From Bacteroidota bacterium (GTDB lineage Bacteria > Bacteroidota > Bacteroidia > Flavobacteriales_F > PHOS-HE28): a stretch of 46,503 nucleotides of DNA. Positions 43,322-46,503 of the stretch are shown here, piece after piece (the stretch's first letter is position 1; every line of letters begins with the position of its first letter). Both the position numbers and the translations under genes were made by a program. The notes below the pieces were generated by a model. That model made no database searches. It saw only the letters and a program-made list of their open reading frames with translations, and had not been told where the DNA came from. The stretch spans positions 1-46,503 of the forward strand of contig CAUJFM010000334.1 of NCBI GenBank assembly GCA_963169595.1, written 5' to 3'.

Positions 43322-44295
43322 GGAAGGGAAAGTTCGGCGATGCGGCGCAGGTCCTGTTGCTCCATGCACCGGAAGTGCCCCTTGGGGCAGTGGTCGTGGC
43401 CGATCTTGCTGCAGGGCCGGCAGGGCAGGTCGTTCACCTCGCTGATGTGCGCCCGTTCAGGGTGAAGGGGGATGTAGGGTCCCATGCCGAACAGGGGCAC
43501 GGTGTTCCCCCAGATGCTCACCACCGGTCGCTGGAACGCGGCCGCGATGTGCATGGCCCCGCTGTCGTGCGCGATCACGGTGCGCGCCCTGCGGATCAGG
43601 GAGGCGCTGCCCAGGATGTCGAAACGCCCGGTGGCATCGAACACGCGTCCACCCACGGCCGAAACGATGGAGCGGGCCACTTCGCGGTCCTCCGGGCCGC
43701 CGATGAGTACAACGGGGCCCTTGACCAGTCCGGCCAGTTCGATCAGCTTGCGGGCCGGCAGGCGTTTGGTGGCGTGCGCCGCACCGATGGCCAGCGCCAC
43801 ATAGCCGGCGCGATGGGGTTCGGGCAGGGCCTCAAGGGCCACCTCCCGGTCCGGGGGGATGAACAGCTCCAGCCCGCGGCCATCGTTCTTCACGCCCAGG
43901 TGTGCCACGGTGGCCAGGTAACGGTCCACGATGTGCACGCGGGGTATCCGGTCGATCCGCAGGTTCACCAGCAGCCACTTCTCGATGTTCAGCTTGTTGA
44001 AGCTGTGCGCCGGGACGCCCAGCGCCCGCTTCACCCGGGCCGTGCGCAGGTTGTGGTGCAGGTCGATCACCCCGTCGAACCCTTCGGCCTTCAGCTGTTG
44101 GGTCAGCGCGCCGAGGTCCTCTCCCAGCTCGTGCACCTTGCTCACATGCGGGTTGAAGCGCACCAGGTCGGCGAAGGCGCTCTTGGTGGCCACGTGCAGC
44201 TCCACGCCGGGCACCTGTTCCTTCACGCAGCGCAGCACCGGACTGGTGAGCACGATGTCGCCAATGGAGGAGAAGCGGAGGACGAGGAGTTTCAT
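43318..44295 (-). CDS. Glycosyltransferase family 9 (LPS heptosyltransferase-like)
   Basis: Track ORF 43318..45192 trimmed to the ATG at 44295. The N-terminus MKLLVLRFSSIGDIVLTSPVLRCVKE is typical of GT9, and the C-terminal region contains GGPEDRE...VIAHDSGAMHIAAA. The discarded 299 upstream codons are antisense to the TatD-family gene. Confidence 0.85.
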   Translation of the reverse strand: MKLLVLRFSSIGDIVLTSPVLRCVKEQVPGVELHVATKSAFADLVRFNPHVSKVHELGEDLGALTQQLKAEGFDGVIDLHHNLRTARVKRALGVPAHSFNKLNIEKWLLVNLRIDRIPRVHIVDRYLATVAHLGVKNDGRGLELFIPPDREVALEALPEPHRAGYVALAIGAAHATKRLPARKLIELAGLVKGPVVLIGGPEDREVARSIVSAVGGRVFDATGRFDILGSASLIRRARTVIAHDSGAMHIAAAFQRPVVSIWGNTVPLFGMGPYIPLHPERAHISEVNDLPCRPCSKIGHDHCPKGHFRCMEQQDLRRIAELSLP

Positions 44296-44335
44296 GCAGT
44301 GGCAGCCGAAGCGTTTTCGCGAAGGCGGTGGCGCC

Positions 44336-44343
44336 CAAAGGTA
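44336..44343 (-). promoter_or_regulatory. -7 promoter box (TACCTTTG, minus strand) for the GT9 operon
   Basis: Plus-strand CAAAGGTA. Exact TAnnTTTG match, 40 nt upstream of the ATG at 44295. Confidence 0.4.
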
Positions 44344-44406
44344 GACGGCAGCATGTCCGTGGAACCGTGGCGGGGTCGCACCTTTGCGCGGACCGATCCA
44401 CCGTTC

Positions 44407-45198
44407 ATGTTCGTCGACACCCACGCACACCTTTACAGCAGGCAGTTCGACGGCGACCGCGAGGCCATGCTGGCCCGTGCCATCGCCGCCGGTGTGGACA
44501 GGTTCTTCTTGCCGAACATCGACCTGGAGAGCATCGATGGCATGAACGCGTTGGCGGCCGCACATCCCGATCGGTGTTTCCCGATGATGGGGCTTCACCC
44601 CTGCTCCGTGGGCGAGCACAACGCGGAAGTGATGGCCGTGATGGAGCGCGAACTGCGCACCGGCCGGTATTGCGCGGTGGGCGAGATCGGCATCGACCTC
44701 TACTGGGACAAGACCTGGCTCACCCAGCAACAGGAGGTCTTTCGGCAGCACATCCGCTGGGCGAAGGAACTGCGCCTGCCCATTGTGATCCACTGCCGCA
44801 ACAGCTTTGCCGAGACCATCGCCATCGTGGAGGAGGAATCCCTCAATGCTTCGGGAGATGAACAGTTGCGCGGCGTGTTCCATTGCTTCGGCGGAACGGT
44901 GGAGGAGGGACGCAGGATCCTCGCGCTGGATGGGTTCCTGCTGGGCATTGGTGGCGTGATCACCTACCCCAAGAGCGGCCTCGCCCAGGTGATGGCCGAG
45001 CTTGGGCCTGACCGCTGTGTGCTGGAGACGGATGCGCCCTACCTCGCGCCCGTACCGCACCGCGGCAAGCGCAACGAGAGCGCGTACATCCCGCTGGTGG
45101 CCGCCGAACTGGCGAAGGCCACCGGCCGCACGGTGGAGGAGGTCGCGCGGATCACCACGGCCAATGCGGAGGCCCTGTTCAGAGTGAACCACGGATGA
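44407..45198 (+). CDS. TatD-family metal-dependent hydrolase/DNase
   Basis: Track ORF 43357..45198 trimmed to the ATG at 44407 (MFVDTHAHLYS..., the HxH metal motif at the N-terminus). An alternative start is the ATG at 44353. Motifs GEIGIDLYW, IHCR, FHCFGG and LETDAPYL are present. The discarded upstream part is antisense to GT9. Confidence 0.88.
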   Translation: MFVDTHAHLYSRQFDGDREAMLARAIAAGVDRFFLPNIDLESIDGMNALAAAHPDRCFPMMGLHPCSVGEHNAEVMAVMERELRTGRYCAVGEIGIDLYWDKTWLTQQQEVFRQHIRWAKELRLPIVIHCRNSFAETIAIVEEESLNASGDEQLRGVFHCFGGTVEEGRRILALDGFLLGIGGVITYPKSGLAQVMAELGPDRCVLETDAPYLAPVPHRGKRNESAYIPLVAAELAKATGRTVEEVARITTANAEALFRVNHG

Positions 45199-45302
45199 AC
45201 ACAGATGGACACAGATAGCCTGGCGCGTTGTTCAAGCAAGGATGGTGCGACGTTCGAGACCCATCCCTGCATTCATCCGTGTTCATCTGCGTCCATCTGT
45301 GG
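45189..45302. repeat. Long imperfect palindromic (REP-like) intergenic element
   Basis: The 28-nt arms are CCACGGATGAACACAGATGGACACAGAT (45189-45216) and ATCCGTGTTCATCTGCGTCCATCTGTGG (45275-45302). They pair at 23 Watson-Crick plus 2 G-U of 28 positions. Each arm is built from two tandem ~10-nt units. A nested hairpin, GGATGG (45240-45245) with CCATCC (45261-45266), lies in the loop. Confidence 0.6.
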
Positions 45303-45319
45303 TTGAATCCCTTGAGCCC

Positions 45320-46348
45320 ATGACCCAGCGTTCCGTTCTTATCATCTACACCGGAGGCACCATCGGCATGTGGGCCGACCCACGCACTGGTGCCCTGCGT
45401 CCCATGGACCTGGAGCACCTGGAAGAGCAGGTGCCCGAACTGGAGCGCATCGGCGTGAAACTGGGCTCCGTGGCCTTCGAGACGCCCATCGACAGCAGCG
45501 ACATGCGTCCGGTCGATTGGGTGCGTGTGGCCCGGATCATCGGTGATCATTACGACCGGTACGATGGCTTCGTGGTGCTGCACGGCAGCGACACCATGGC
45601 CTACACCGCCAGCGCGCTCAGCTTCCTGCTCGAGGGGTTGGCCAAGCCCGTGGTGCTCACCGGCTCGCAGCTGCCCATCGGCACCATCCGCACCGATGCG
45701 AAGGAGAACCTGATCACGGCCATCGAGATCGCTGCGGCCTACGAGAACGGGCGACCGATCGTACCCGAAGTGGCGGTGTACTTCGAGTACAGCCTCTACC
45801 GCGGCAACCGCACGGTGAAGGTGCATGCCGAGCGCTTCGAGGCCTTCCGCAGCCCCAACTACCCGCGCCTGGCCGAGGCGGGCGTGCACATCCGTTACGA
45901 CCACAATGCCGTGCTGCCCCTGCGCACCGGCCCGCTCACCGTGCATACCGGCGTGGACGACCGTGTGGGCGTGCTCCGGCTCTTCCCGGGCATCCGTCCC
46001 GACTGGGTGCGCCATGCCCTCGCCACGCCCGACCTGCGCGCCGTGGTGCTCACCACCTTCGGCAGCGGCAACGGCCCCACCGACGAGGCGTTCCTTGATG
46101 CCCTGCGCGATGCGACGGAGCGGGGCGTGCTGCTGGTGAACGCCACCCAATGCGTGGGCGGAAGCGTGGAACAAGGCCGCTACCAGACCAGCCGGGCCTT
46201 TGTGGACATGGGCATGCTCAGCGCCCGCGACATGACCGTGGAGGCGGCCGTCACCAAGCTCATGTTCCTGCTGGGCCAGGGCCTCAGCGACGACCTGATG
46301 CGGGAGCGCTTCCTGCGCCCGATGTGCGGTGAAGTGAGCGTGGGGTAG
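45320..46348 (+). CDS. ansA: L-asparaginase, type I (cytoplasmic)
   Basis: Track ORF 45242..46348 trimmed to the ATG at 45320 (MTQRSVLIIYTGGTIGM...). Active-site motifs TGGTIG and HGSDTMAYTAS. The removed 26 codons translate the palindromic element. Confidence 0.9.
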   Translation: MTQRSVLIIYTGGTIGMWADPRTGALRPMDLEHLEEQVPELERIGVKLGSVAFETPIDSSDMRPVDWVRVARIIGDHYDRYDGFVVLHGSDTMAYTASALSFLLEGLAKPVVLTGSQLPIGTIRTDAKENLITAIEIAAAYENGRPIVPEVAVYFEYSLYRGNRTVKVHAERFEAFRSPNYPRLAEAGVHIRYDHNAVLPLRTGPLTVHTGVDDRVGVLRLFPGIRPDWVRHALATPDLRAVVLTTFGSGNGPTDEAFLDALRDATERGVLLVNATQCVGGSVEQGRYQTSRAFVDMGMLSARDMTVEAAVTKLMFLLGQGLSDDLMRERFLRPMCGEVSVG

Positions 46349-46364
46349 GGAACGGCCGCTTTCG

Positions 46365-46372
46365 TACTTTCG
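46365..46372 (+). promoter_or_regulatory. -7 promoter box (TACTTTCG) for tRNA-Ser
   Basis: TAnnTTCG variant, 38 nt upstream of the mature tRNA 5' end (46411). Confidence 0.35.
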
Positions 46373-46410
46373 CGGCCCATCCGCCGTGGTTTCGGCCCCA
46401 GCGGAGGAAC

Positions 46411-46501
46411 GGAGAGATGGCCGAGTGGTTGAAGGCGCGCGCCTGGAAAGTGCGTATACCTTAACAGGGTATCGGGGGTTCGAATCCCTCTCTCTCCGCC
46501 A
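46411..46501 (+). tRNA. tRNA-Ser (anticodon GGA), type II with a long variable arm and encoded CCA
   Basis: Folded by hand. The acceptor stem GGAGAGA/TCTCTCC is perfect. D arm: GCC-GAGTGGTTGAA-GGC. Anticodon stem CGCGC/GTGCG with loop CT-GGA-AA. Variable stem ATACC/GGTAT. T arm GGGGG-TTCGAAT-CCCTC. Discriminator G followed by CCA. Confidence 0.92.
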
Positions 46502-46503
46502 AG

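Noticed and set aside
43318-45198. Two mirror-image ORFs of more than 600 aa covering the same 1.9 kb on both strands (43318..45192 minus, 43357..45198 plus). This looked like a possible overlapping-gene pair.
   Set aside because: Each ORF is half real and half shadow. The minus ORF is genuine only for 43318-44295 (GT9, MKLLVLRFSSIGD...). The plus ORF is genuine only for 44407-45198 (TatD family, MFVDTHAHL...). A 111-nt divergent promoter region with a TACCTTTG box lies between the real starts.
45240-45266. GTTCGAG within a small hairpin in the palindromic-element spacer resembles a tRNA T-loop, raising the possibility of a tRNA fragment or att-site remnant.
   Set aside because: No T-stem pairing flanks the loop, there is no acceptor-stem or CCA context, and nothing matches the adjacent tRNA-Ser.
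46353-46378. Hairpin GGCCGC-N12-GCGGCC after ansA, considered as a terminator.
   Set aside because: It has only a 6-bp stem and a 12-nt loop that contains the candidate tRNA promoter box, and no T tract. The two interpretations conflict, so I did not call it.
46411-46503. The tRNA-Ser at the window edge, considered as a possible genomic-island integration site.
   Set aside because: The window ends 2 nt after the tRNA. No integrase, direct repeat of the tRNA 3' end or compositional shift is visible inside the window, so this cannot be evaluated here.

Overview
This is a 46.5-kb, gene-dense, high-GC segment (about 60-65% by eye, not computed) that reads as core chromosome of a Bacteroidota bacterium. 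The evidence for that origin is as follows. Four proteins end in type-A T9SS C-terminal sorting domains. Intergenic regions carry TAnnTT(T/C)G '-7' promoter boxes rather than -10/-35 boxes or Shine-Dalgarno sites. All 10 non-lipoprotein signal peptides end in ...A|Q. A lipoprotein glutaminyl cyclase is encoded.

I call 41 protein genes (one truncated at the left edge), one tRNA-Ser(GGA) at the right edge, 7 hairpin terminators, 18 candidate promoter boxes and one long imperfect palindromic (REP-like) element.

The housekeeping genes are trhO, tdh, cysS, polA, a Cys/Met PLP enzyme, yicC-gmk-nadD, udk, recJ, tadA, gdhA, dprA, kdsB, bcp, a TatD-family hydrolase and ansA. They are interleaved with a secreted or outer-membrane set:
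- two tandem M43 metalloproteases;
- an M36 fungalysin-like protease;
- an Omp28-like T9SS cargo protein;
- a delta-60-repeat T9SS cargo protein;
- a TonB-dependent receptor;
- a DUF481-like beta-barrel;
- several uncharacterised exported proteins.

Many long ORFs in the track are antisense shadows or 5' extensions typical of high-GC DNA, and I trimmed starts accordingly.

I found no transposase, integrase, phage gene, CRISPR array, restriction-modification gene or recognisable toxin-antitoxin or defence gene. I therefore cannot point to a clear-cut novel system. The best follow-up candidates are:
- the translationally coupled string TonB receptor / GT-C-like membrane protein / KdsB / HU-TM-SPOR protein / STAS-like protein / small secreted protein (33420-40557);
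- the uncharacterised 246-aa C-terminal module that replaces a T9SS sorting domain on the M36 protease;
- a conserved-looking lipoprotein plus small Cys-containing secreted protein pair (10312-11666);
- a positional rule, nAnnTTYG-N4-ATG, that implies leaderless mRNAs for at least five genes.

All functional calls come from my reading of the translated sequences. No database search was run.
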